From the NCBI GenBank assembly GCA_019309945.1, contig JAFDFH010000051.1, positions 1-38,497 of the forward strand: a stretch of DNA of 38,497 bases, written 5' to 3'. Source of the DNA: Deltaproteobacteria bacterium (lineage in GTDB: Bacteria > Desulfobacterota > Desulfobacteria > Desulfobacterales > JAFDFH01). Made by a program: the position numbers and the translations under genes. The notes under the pieces are model-generated. The model did no database searches. It saw only the letters and a list, made by a program, of their open reading frames with translations, and had not been told where the DNA came from. The first letter of the stretch is position 1, and each line of letters starts with the position of its first letter. Of this stretch, positions 23,723 to 32,053 are shown piece by piece.

Positions 23723-26065
23723 ATGGTTCCAGAAAAGCCCCAGAATAAAATTAATACATACACGGATAGACCATTGGGGGCTAATGTTTTATTTTTTCAT
23801 TTCTTTTGGAAAAATACGATCTGCCTCGCGGTCCTTTTATTTATTTTAAGTGCAACGGTTGTTTTTCCCTCAGATGAAGCCTATGACCATTTTTTTAAAG
23901 GTGATGACCCTGATGCGCCCTGGCATATTAACGCCGATGAAATCGATTACGATCAAAAAGAAGAACAGTATATTGCCAGGGGGCATGTAACCATAACCAA
24001 AAACAGCAAGACGATAGAGGCTGATTTCATCCGTTTTAATCACAAAACAATGGATATTTTTGCAACCGGCCATGTGCTCATAGCAACTGGAACAGATCTT
24101 CTGACGGCTACCAGCCTGGAAATGAATCTGAAGGATGAAATCGGAACCTTATATAATGGAACCTTATTTTATCGAGCAAACCATTTCTACTTAAAAGGTA
24201 ACACGATCAAGAAAATTGGCAAAGATACGTTCACCATCGACAAGGGTAGTATCACCACATGCGATGGCGACCATCCCGCATGGAAAATAACCGGGAGAAA
24301 CCTTAAAGTAACCATTGAAGGCTATGGGACCGTGAACCACGCCGCTTTGCGGGTAAAAAACATCCCTGTACTGTATGCGCCGTATCTTGCCTTTCCGGTA
24401 AAGTTAAAACGTCAATCAGGCTTTTTGACACCGCAAATAGGGTATTCCGACCGCAAAGGGGCACAATATGTACAGCCCTTTTTCTGGGCCATTAACGACC
24501 AGTCAGATGCAACCTTCTATGGACACCTGATGCAATCCCGTGGTATACAGTGGGGTCTTGAATATCGCTACGTCCTTGACGATATGTCTAAAGGAACACT
24601 TATGTTTGATATCCTCGACGATAGAAAGATCGATGACGGCACTGGCGATTCGAGCAAAAAATGGGGATACGAAAATGATGATCTGCTACGCCCCAATTCG
24701 GATCGCTACTGGTTCAGAATGAAAAACAACCAGGCCCTGCCTTTGGGTTTCACAGCAAAGATCGATTTAGACGTCGTAAGCGATCAGGACTACCTTCAAG
24801 AATTCAAATACGGATACACGGGATTTGATGCAACAAAAAGTTATTACGATGAATTTTTCGGTAGAGCCATTGATGGATATGATGACCCGATCAGGGTTAA
24901 CAGTCTCAACATAAACAAAATCTGGCCCCAATACAGCCTGAATGCCGAGGCACGCTGGTATGACGATGCCCGCCAGGGCCCCCGGAACGATACGGAGACA
25001 AGCCTTCAAAATCTGCCGTTCATTACGTTTAACGGGTCCAAACAGCCGATCCTAAAGACACCTTTATATTTTGACCTGAAATCTAGTTACGCCTACTTTT
25101 TCCGGGAGACCGGCGACAAAGCACAACGTGCGGATGTGTATCCGAGGCTTTATCTACCCTATTCCGTGCAAAGCTATTTCTTTTTTGAACCCTCTATCGG
25201 TGTGCGGGGAACCGTGTGGCATTTGGATCAGGATGAAGCCGCGTCTTCAAATAAAGATTGGGAATCGTACCGTGGGATGTATGATCTAAAGCTGGATCTT
25301 TCAACCGAATTTTTTCAGGTATATCCGTTCAAAGGTGTAAAGATCGACCGATTCAAGCATAAGGTCAGGCCTCGGATAGTCTACGATTACACACCCAATC
25401 AGTTCCAGGATAATTTTCCGTTTTTTGATTCAATCGACCGTATCGATAGACAAAACGTGCTCACTTATTCGCTTACGAACACCTTTATCTCACGATCACG
25501 AAGATATCAGACCCAGCCAAACGGGCCTCCTAAAACCATACCGGAGGACGCTAAAAAACAAGAACTTCCTGATTATAGCTATGCCCAGCCCTGCCGTATT
25601 GAGCTGGAACAACAGTATGATTTCAACAAAGCCAATGAGAATGATCCGGAACCTTTATCGCCGATATACGGTAAACTTCAACTCGAACCGGCCCGCTATT
25701 TATCCCTCCAGGCTGATGCGAACTGGTCCGTGTATGACACCGCATTTATGTCCCACAATCTTGCAGTTATCCTGCGGGATAATCGGGGCGACCGTGCATT
25801 TATTGAGCATCGCTACAAACGGGACACCAGCGAATCGATTTATACGGATCTTACTGTTGAAATATCAAGGCGTCTTTCCACGAATATCACCTATGAACGC
25901 AACATCCAGGATGGAAAAAACATCAAAACAGGCCTGGGTTTTTTGTATCGTGCGCAGTGCTGGTCGCTCATTCTTCAATATATTAACGAGGCTGAGGACC
26001 GAAAATACGCATTTATGATTAATCTTCACGGATTAGGCGGATACGGCCAAAGCATTGGTTTTTAG
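23723..26065 (+). CDS. lptD: LPS-assembly outer-membrane protein LptD (OstA family)
   Basis: N-terminal OstA-like repeat (INADEIDYDQKEEQYIARGHVTITKNSKTIEADFIRFN), a long beta-barrel-like Tyr/Gly-rich body, and a signal-like ICLAVLLFILSATVVFP. The start is uncertain: ATG 23723 or the in-frame TTG further downstream (reading LGANV). The track's start at 23606 lies inside repeat B4. Confidence 0.8.
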   Translation: MVPEKPQNKINTYTDRPLGANVLFFHFFWKNTICLAVLLFILSATVVFPSDEAYDHFFKGDDPDAPWHINADEIDYDQKEEQYIARGHVTITKNSKTIEADFIRFNHKTMDIFATGHVLIATGTDLLTATSLEMNLKDEIGTLYNGTLFYRANHFYLKGNTIKKIGKDTFTIDKGSITTCDGDHPAWKITGRNLKVTIEGYGTVNHAALRVKNIPVLYAPYLAFPVKLKRQSGFLTPQIGYSDRKGAQYVQPFFWAINDQSDATFYGHLMQSRGIQWGLEYRYVLDDMSKGTLMFDILDDRKIDDGTGDSSKKWGYENDDLLRPNSDRYWFRMKNNQALPLGFTAKIDLDVVSDQDYLQEFKYGYTGFDATKSYYDEFFGRAIDGYDDPIRVNSLNINKIWPQYSLNAEARWYDDARQGPRNDTETSLQNLPFITFNGSKQPILKTPLYFDLKSSYAYFFRETGDKAQRADVYPRLYLPYSVQSYFFFEPSIGVRGTVWHLDQDEAASSNKDWESYRGMYDLKLDLSTEFFQVYPFKGVKIDRFKHKVRPRIVYDYTPNQFQDNFPFFDSIDRIDRQNVLTYSLTNTFISRSRRYQTQPNGPPKTIPEDAKKQELPDYSYAQPCRIELEQQYDFNKANENDPEPLSPIYGKLQLEPARYLSLQADANWSVYDTAFMSHNLAVILRDNRGDRAFIEHRYKRDTSESIYTDLTVEISRRLSTNITYERNIQDGKNIKTGLGFLYRAQCWSLILQYINEAEDRKYAFMINLHGLGGYGQSIGF

Positions 26066-26116
26066 AAGTTGGATTTTTTACAAACCTGTCAAAACTAATT
26101 TTATTACGAACAGCTT

Positions 26117-27112
26117 ATGATTATTGTAAAAACACCCCTTCGCATCAGCTTTGTCGGCGGCGGTTCGGACATGCAAAATTTCTATTCTAAAAAGGATGGG
26201 AATGTCGTTTGTACGGCTATTGACAAATTTGTTTATGCCATCGTCAAAGAGCGTTTTGATGATATGATTTATATTAATTATTCCCAAAAGGAATGTATAA
26301 ATCATGTGTCTGAAATTCGTCATGACCTGGTTCGCGAAGCCATGAAAATGACCGGGGTCGAAAATGGAATCGAAATCACCACGCTGGCGGATATCCCATC
26401 ATCCGGGTCGGGTCTCGGTAGCTCAAGCTCGATTACCGTCGCCCTTTTGCATGCCCTTTATACCTATCAGAATATTCTTGTTACGGCTGAGCAGTTAGCA
26501 ATGGATGCCTGTCGGATAGAAATCGATATTCTGGGAAAACCGATCGGACGACAGGATCAGTATGCCGCGGCCTTTGGTGATATTAATAAATTTACTTTCA
26601 GTGCCGGTGATGTTACCAAACGAAACCCTGTAAAAATGAATAGCGTCGCAAAAAGGAAATTTGCGTCCTCACTGCTCCTCTATTACACCGGTATGACCCG
26701 GAGTGCCGACACCATCCTGTCAGAGCAAAAATCAAATCTTTTGACCCGCGAAAAATCCACAACAATGGAGAAGATGGTGTCGCTGGTGGACCCGTTTATC
26801 GCCGCGATGGAAAAAGGGGACGTTGCCGAATGCGGCGATCTTATGGACCGGAACTGGCTGCTGAAACAGAAGATGGCCTCCGGCATCTCAAATGCGGAGA
26901 TCGCGAAGATGTATGCAAAGGCCAGGAATGCAGGAGCACTAGCGGGTAAGATTGCCGGTGCCGGCGGAGGCGGTTTCCTTTTATTGATCGTCCCCAGGGA
27001 AAGACAAAATGCAGTATTTGAAGCCTTGCGAGGCTATCGGGAACTGCCATTTATGCTCGAGGGAACCGGCAGCAAGGTTATTTTCGATTACCGATCGTAC
27101 TCAAGCAAGTAG
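26117..27112 (+). CDS. hddA: GHMP-family sugar kinase, D-glycero-D-manno-heptose 7-phosphate kinase type
   Basis: PLRISFVGGGSD N-terminus, GHMP motif PSSGSGLGSSSS, GAGGGGF, and a gmhA gene nearby. Confidence 0.7.
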   Translation: MIIVKTPLRISFVGGGSDMQNFYSKKDGNVVCTAIDKFVYAIVKERFDDMIYINYSQKECINHVSEIRHDLVREAMKMTGVENGIEITTLADIPSSGSGLGSSSSITVALLHALYTYQNILVTAEQLAMDACRIEIDILGKPIGRQDQYAAAFGDINKFTFSAGDVTKRNPVKMNSVAKRKFASSLLLYYTGMTRSADTILSEQKSNLLTREKSTTMEKMVSLVDPFIAAMEKGDVAECGDLMDRNWLLKQKMASGISNAEIAKMYAKARNAGALAGKIAGAGGGGFLLLIVPRERQNAVFEALRGYRELPFMLEGTGSKVIFDYRSYSSK

Positions 27113-27143
27113 CCACAAAGGACTAAGGACTAAAGACTAAAGA
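27112..27143. repeat. Family E-like half site: GCCAC followed by 7-nt sub-repeats
   Basis: GCCAC-AAAGGAC-TAAGGAC-TAAAGAC-TAAAGAG. The first G is also the last base of the hddA TAG stop. Confidence 0.65.
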
Positions 27144-27236
27144 GCCAGTTTCAAAACGTTTCAGTTTGTTCAAGGTCAAGGAAGGCGATCCGCCTGAGGC
27201 GGATTAACCACAGGAATACATTGAGTATTTCGAGGA
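27144..27236 (-). mobile_element. Family Av element, truncated copy
   Basis: Nearly identical to 5386-5478 (GCCAGTTTCAAAACGTTTCAGTTTGTTCAAGG...TATTTCGAGGA), then diverges. Confidence 0.75.
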
Positions 27237-27245
27237 ATGAACTCT

Positions 27246-27266
27246 CCCCGGAGCAGAGCTCCGAGG
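27246..27266 (+). repeat. 21-nt hairpin unit, copy 1
   Basis: CCCCGGAGCAGAGCTCCGAGG, with stem CGGAGC / GCTCCG and loop AGA. Confidence 0.7.
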
Positions 27267-27325
27267 TATCACGTCGGCTCCATTTCATTTCGCCGATAGT
27301 ATGGATTTTGCTTCTTGTTATATGA

Positions 27326-27346
27326 CCCCGCAGCAGAGCTGCGAAG
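27326..27346 (+). repeat. 21-nt hairpin unit, copy 2 (compensated stem)
   Basis: CCCCGCAGCAGAGCTGCGAAG, with stem CGCAGC / GCTGCG. The G-to-C change on one arm is matched on the other. Confidence 0.7.
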
Positions 27347-28522
27347 AATATACTTGTAACAGGGGGCGCCGGATTTATCGGTTCCCATACGACAGATGCA
27401 CTCCTGGAGCGGGGGCATCGCGTGCGTATATTGGACAACCTCCAAAAAACAACACATCCCAGGGGAATGCCTGGATATATCAACCCCAAAGCCGAGTTTG
27501 TCATGGGGGACGTCCGGGATCGTAGCACCTGGCAAAAGGCCCTCAAGGACATTGATGCCATCTATCATTTTGCCGCATACCAGGATTATCTCACGGATTT
27601 TTCTACATTTTTTCATGTTAACACCGTTTCCACCGCACTTCTTTATGAAATACTGATTAACAATCGGATGGGATCTAAAATAAGGAAGGTCATTGTTGCC
27701 GCCAGCCAGGCCGTGATGGGCGAAGGAAGGTATCTGTGCCCGGTATGTTTCGAAAAGGATAAAAATTTTTTATACCCTCAAATTAGACTGGATGATCAGC
27801 TCTCAAGAGGTGACTGGAACCATCGGTGCCCGAAGTGTAATACCGTGCTAAAGTGGATGCCTTCGGACGAATCCGTAATAAGCCCTTGCAACCCCTACGC
27901 GATCTCTAAATACTCCCAGGAGCAAATCGCCCTGCAATTGGGAAACAGATACCGTATCCCGTCGACGGTCATGCGCTATTCAATTGTCCAGGGCGCCAGG
28001 CAGTCCTTTTACAATGCATATTCCGGTGCCTTGCGAATTTTTTCCCTTTCCCTCTTGTTAGGCCGGCAACCCACCATATTTGAGGACGGCAAACAGATCA
28101 GGGATTTTGTAAACATCAAAGACGTCGTAAAAGCAAATTTGATGGTTTTAGAAAACAGTGATGCCGATTATCAAGTTTTCAATGTGGGCGGTGGCAAGGC
28201 CTGGACGGTGATGGACTTTTATAGTACCTTGCAACAGATCGTCGGCAGGCAAGCAGAACCCATCATGTCCGGTTATTACCGTTATGGTGATACAAGGCAT
28301 ATTTTTTCAGACATCAAAAAATTAAATGCCCTCGGATGGGAACCTATCCATGGCATAGATGAAAGTATAAAAGATTATTGGGAATATATAAATGGCCGGC
28401 AGGATATGGATGAAATACTGGAATATGCTGAAAAGCACATGAAAAAATTGCAGGTAATCAGAAAGATTAGATCCTACGATTCTTCCGAGACTGTGCTCGG
28501 AAGAAGTGGCCCTGTGGGGTAA
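27326..28522 (+). CDS. Extended-SDR NAD-dependent sugar epimerase/dehydratase with a Zn-ribbon insertion; 5' end lacks a canonical start codon
   Basis: The frame opens after TGA 27323-27325. NILVTGGAGFIGSH (27347 onward) is encoded upstream of the first ATG/GTG/TTG in frame (GTG 27422). The catalytic YAISK motif is present, and CPVC...CPKC lies at 27737-27838. Confidence 0.7.
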   Translation, partial: PRSRAAKNILVTGGAGFIGSHTTDALLERGHRVRILDNLQKTTHPRGMPGYINPKAEFVMGDVRDRSTWQKALKDIDAIYHFAAYQDYLTDFSTFFHVNTVSTALLYEILINNRMGSKIRKVIVAASQAVMGEGRYLCPVCFEKDKNFLYPQIRLDDQLSRGDWNHRCPKCNTVLKWMPSDESVISPCNPYAISKYSQEQIALQLGNRYRIPSTVMRYSIVQGARQSFYNAYSGALRIFSLSLLLGRQPTIFEDGKQIRDFVNIKDVVKANLMVLENSDADYQVFNVGGGKAWTVMDFYSTLQQIVGRQAEPIMSGYYRYGDTRHIFSDIKKLNALGWEPIHGIDESIKDYWEYINGRQDMDEILEYAEKHMKKLQVIRKIRSYDSSETVLGRSGPVG

Positions 28523-28547
28523 TTGTAACGGTAAAAACCCGAGCTAC

Positions 28548-28588
28548 AAATGCCTAAAATGCCTAAAATGCGCTAAAGTGCCTAAAAT
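28548..28588 (+). repeat. Tandem 9-10-nt repeat (AAATGCCTA type), about 4.5 units
   Basis: AAATGCCTA AAATGCCTA AAATGCGCT AAAGTGCCTA AAATT. Confidence 0.8.
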
Positions 28589-28591
28589 TAA

Positions 28592-28632
28592 GGATGGCGC
28601 AGCGGGCCTTACGGAACATATTGAGAAGTTAT
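28592..28632 (+). repeat. Solo right terminus of family B (B5)
   Basis: GGATGGCGCAGCGGGCCTTACGGAACATATTGAGAAGTTAT matches the last ~41 nt of B1, B2 and B4. Confidence 0.75.
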
Positions 28633-28746
28633 ATGAAAAGGATGAGTGAAAAAAAGCACTCAAACTGATCGAAGGTACGGTCAAATTATTCATACGGCAC
28701 GATCGTGGGGATCAAAAAGTCGAATGAACACCGGAAAGGACAGGAA

Positions 28747-29334
28747 ATGAATATCCCTAATTTTACCAATCAGTACTTAAAAGGCCTGATTGAGGTTTTA
28801 AAAACCTTTAATGTTGTTCAATTTGAAAAAATTGTGGAGCTTATCCTCGAAGCTTATGATAAGGGGAAAAATATTTTTGTGATGGGAAATGGTGGCAGCG
28901 GATCCACGGCTTCACATTTTGCGTGTGACCTAAACAAAGGATGTTGTATTGACCTGGATAAAAAATTCAGGATGATATGCCTGAACGATAACATTCCTAT
29001 GCTGCTTGCACTGGCTAATGACCTCTCCTACGATGCTGTTTTCGAGGAACAAATAAAAAATTTCTTCAATCCAGGCGATCTCGTAATCGGCATATCAGGA
29101 AGCGGGAACTCTGAAAATGTTCTAAAGGCGATAAGATACGCGAATAAAAACGGAGGCCGCACCATCGGTCTTTCAGGATTTTCAGGGGGACAACTTTCTC
29201 AACTTGTCGACGTTGCCTTTGTGGCCGAAGTCGATGACATGCAGAAAGTCGAAGATGTGCACATGATCGTTGTCCACATAATTATGCAGGCCGTGTATGG
29301 TACCCTTCACCGTACAACGGATATAGGATGCTAA
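28747..29334 (+). CDS. gmhA: D-sedoheptulose-7-phosphate isomerase (SIS domain)
   Basis: GNGGSGSTASHFACDL, ISGSGNSENV. I chose the start at ATG 28747 (AAAGGACAGGAA upstream) rather than the track's 28705. Confidence 0.8.
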   Translation: MNIPNFTNQYLKGLIEVLKTFNVVQFEKIVELILEAYDKGKNIFVMGNGGSGSTASHFACDLNKGCCIDLDKKFRMICLNDNIPMLLALANDLSYDAVFEEQIKNFFNPGDLVIGISGSGNSENVLKAIRYANKNGGRTIGLSGFSGGQLSQLVDVAFVAEVDDMQKVEDVHMIVVHIIMQAVYGTLHRTTDIGC

Positions 29335-29868
29335 ATGACACTGAATTCGATTAAGCTTAGCCGTTCATGGTATGTTCTGCATACCAAAAGCAGGTTTGAA
29401 AATGTAGTCTATGAAGGCCTGCTAAAAAAATCCATGGAGGTTTTTCTTCCTAAAATTAAGGTCAAAAGCAAACGCCGGGATCGGAAGCTTCTAATTCAGG
29501 TCCCCCTTTTTCCGGGATATCTGTTCGTCAAAACCGATCTTCACCCCTATGAACATGTTGAGATCGTTAAAACCACCGGTGCGGTCCGTTTGGTCGGCAA
29601 TAAAAGCGGACCTGTTTCTGTACCGCAGGATGCGGTTGAATCACTAAAAGTCATGGTGGTCAGTGACCAACCGGTTACGACCGGAACGCGTTTTAAAAAA
29701 GGTGACCGCGTAATGGTTGTCCATGGATCCTTTGCCGGTATTACAGGAACTTTTGTTCAATACAGGGGCAAGGGTCGCGTAATCGTTAACATCGAGGCCC
29801 TCGGACAGTACGCCGCAGTGGAGGTGAGTGAAGATGATGTTGAAATCGTTCCGAAAATATTATCATAA
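29335..29868 (+). CDS. NusG-family specialised paralogue (RfaH/UpxY-like antiterminator)
   Basis: NGN-like WYVLHTKSRFE...LFPGYLFV and KOW-like GDRVMVVHGSFAGITGTF. The ATG directly follows the gmhA TAA. Confidence 0.7.
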   Translation: MTLNSIKLSRSWYVLHTKSRFENVVYEGLLKKSMEVFLPKIKVKSKRRDRKLLIQVPLFPGYLFVKTDLHPYEHVEIVKTTGAVRLVGNKSGPVSVPQDAVESLKVMVVSDQPVTTGTRFKKGDRVMVVHGSFAGITGTFVQYRGKGRVIVNIEALGQYAAVEVSEDDVEIVPKILS

Positions 29869-29871
29869 CTG

Positions 29872-29900
29872 CTTGACTTCCTATAAAGTTTTCGTTAATA
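29872..29900 (+). promoter_or_regulatory. Sigma70-type promoter candidate upstream of ihfB
   Basis: TTGACT (29872-29877), a 17-nt spacer, then TAATAA (29895-29900). Confidence 0.35.
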
Positions 29901-29949
29901 AAGCCCTAAATGATCCAGTTTCCACAAGCTTATACGGAAGGGGGAGGGT

Positions 29950-30225
29950 ATGAATAAATTGGAGCTTATCTCAGCTTTGAAAACCGAAGGGGACATTTCC
30001 AAGTCGGAAGCGGCAAAAGTGGTCCAAATATTTTTCGATAACATGGCAGATGCGATGGCCCGGGGAAAACGTGTCGAAATTCGTGGCCTATGCAGCTTTT
30101 TTGTAAAAAATTATAAAAGCTATACAGGCAGAAATCCAAAGACCGGCGAGAACGTTGTCATTACGCCCAAAAAACTCCCATTTTTCAAATCTGGAAAAGA
30201 ACTGAAAAAACGGGTTGATTATTAG
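29950..30225 (+). CDS. ihfB: Integration host factor beta-like subunit (HU/IHF family)
   Basis: RVEIRGLCSF..YTGRNPKTGE..PFFKSGKELKKRV closely follows the IHF-beta pattern. Confidence 0.75.
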   Translation: MNKLELISALKTEGDISKSEAAKVVQIFFDNMADAMARGKRVEIRGLCSFFVKNYKSYTGRNPKTGENVVITPKKLPFFKSGKELKKRVDY

Positions 30226-31231
30226 ATTTGTGTCTGGGTTTGAATCCATTATAGATCAACAAAAGCCTATCCGGCTTTTAACGGCATTCCTTCAAAAGGG
30301 AACCACACCTCACGCCATTCTTTTTACCGGCATTGAAGGGGTAGGTAAGCGAATGACAGCCTTGACCTTTGCAATGGCATGCAACTGCATGAATGCAAAG
30401 CAAGGCACCCAACATCAAGACACCGCATCAAACCCCTGTTTGCGTTGTCGATCATGCCGAAAAATCAAATCCGGTAACCACCCCGATATCATTTTTATCA
30501 AACCATCGGGTCCGTTTATCCGGATTAATCAAATTCGTTCTCTTTGCCAAACCCTTGGCATGAAACCGTACGAGGCAAGGCAACGTGTGGTGATTATATC
30601 TGAAGCCCAGGCCATGAATCCTGAAGCCGGCAATGCGCTTCTCAAGGTACTGGAAGAACCACCGCAACGGACCCTCCTGATACTTACGGCCCTCCAGACA
30701 TCCGACCTCCTCCCGACAGTTGTTTCACGCTGTCAACTGATTCGGTTTAACCCGATTTCCCGAAAAAACATAGCGGGTTTTCTGGTGGAAAAAAAGGGGC
30801 TAAAGCCGGGTGATGCAATGATATTGGCAACCCTGGCCAACGGGAGTCTCTCCAAAGCAATCTTGATGAATCGGGCCGATTGGATAAAACGCAGAAACTG
30901 GCTTATCGATGAAATCGAAGCCTTACCTTCACGGCCGATCGGGCTCCGCCTGGCTTTTGCAGAAAGGCTGGCAAAAAACAAAGATGTTCTTGCCGACTCC
31001 CTCGAGGTAATAAAATTGTGGTTGAGGGACCTTGTTATATATCATTATGACCCTGAAAAAATTATCAACCGGGATTTAGTGGCAAGAATTCAATCGGCTT
31101 CTCAACAGATGAGGGTAAAATCCATTCTTTCAAAATTTGATGCGATCCTGTCCGCACAGAAAAATATGGGTGCTAATTCCAATCTAAGGCTAACTTTGGA
31201 AGTTCTAACATTTCGACTTGCAGGCGGCTAA
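30215..31231 (+). CDS. holB: DNA polymerase III delta-prime subunit
   Basis: HAILFTGIEGVGK, Zn module CLRCRSCRK, VVIISEAQAMNPEAGNALLKVLEEPP, SRC. The start is TTG 30215 or GTG 30230. Confidence 0.85.
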   Translation: MIIRFVSGFESIIDQQKPIRLLTAFLQKGTTPHAILFTGIEGVGKRMTALTFAMACNCMNAKQGTQHQDTASNPCLRCRSCRKIKSGNHPDIIFIKPSGPFIRINQIRSLCQTLGMKPYEARQRVVIISEAQAMNPEAGNALLKVLEEPPQRTLLILTALQTSDLLPTVVSRCQLIRFNPISRKNIAGFLVEKKGLKPGDAMILATLANGSLSKAILMNRADWIKRRNWLIDEIEALPSRPIGLRLAFAERLAKNKDVLADSLEVIKLWLRDLVIYHYDPEKIINRDLVARIQSASQQMRVKSILSKFDAILSAQKNMGANSNLRLTLEVLTFRLAGG

Positions 31232-31234
31232 AAT

Positions 31235-32053
31235 ATGAAAAAAGTGGTGGGTGTAAGATTCAAGCCGGCAGGCAAGATTTACGACTTTGACTGCGGGGCA
31301 TTTGTGCTTCATCGGGGAGACTATGTGATTGTCGAAACCGAAAAGGGTCTGGGTTTCGGAACCGTTGTGATGCCACCGGTTCCCCGTGAGGATAGACCGT
31401 CTAATAAGCCTTTAAAAAAGATGTTCCGTCTGGCAAGTGAAGCAGACTTTCATCAAAGAGAGAAAAATCTCGAACTCGAGAAAACAGCCCATACTTATTG
31501 CCTCAAGTGTATCAAAGAGATTGGGCTTAAGATGAACCTTTTTTCGGTTGAAAGCACGTTTGATGCAAGCAGGCTGACTTTTTTCTTCACTTCTGAGGGA
31601 CGCGTGGACTTCCGGAAGCTTGTAAAAATGCTGGTTAAAGAGTTCCACATCAGAATTGAGATGCGACAGGTGGGGGTACGTAACCAGGCCAAGATGTGCG
31701 GGGGTATCGGCAGATGTGGGCTCGAAATTTGCTGCGCGGCCTTCATAGAAAAATTTGAACCGATTTCGATACGAATGGCCAAGGAACAAAACCTGTCGTT
31801 AAATCCTACCAAGATTTCGGGTCAGTGCGGCCGGCTGATGTGCTGTCTCACGTATGAAAATAAAACGTATCAGTCTCTTAAGGAAAAATTTCCAAAAATC
31901 GGGAAAACCATCACCACCCCCAGCGGAAAAGGAAAAGTCATTGGCCATAATGTCATTTGCAATCGGATAACCGTTCGGCTGGAAAACAACACGGAAATAG
32001 AAGCCGAATTAAACCATATTCAAGCGGAGGCGGAAAAAAACAAAAATGCCTGA
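31235..32053 (+). CDS. ricT: PSP1 C-terminal domain protein (YaaT/RicT family)
   Basis: VVGVRFKPAGKIYDFD, the Cys-rich GRCGLEICCAAF and GQCGRLMCCL motifs, and the conserved holB-yaaT-metG order. Confidence 0.75.
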   Translation: MKKVVGVRFKPAGKIYDFDCGAFVLHRGDYVIVETEKGLGFGTVVMPPVPREDRPSNKPLKKMFRLASEADFHQREKNLELEKTAHTYCLKCIKEIGLKMNLFSVESTFDASRLTFFFTSEGRVDFRKLVKMLVKEFHIRIEMRQVGVRNQAKMCGGIGRCGLEICCAAFIEKFEPISIRMAKEQNLSLNPTKISGQCGRLMCCLTYENKTYQSLKEKFPKIGKTITTPSGKGKVIGHNVICNRITVRLENNTEIEAELNHIQAEAEKNKNA

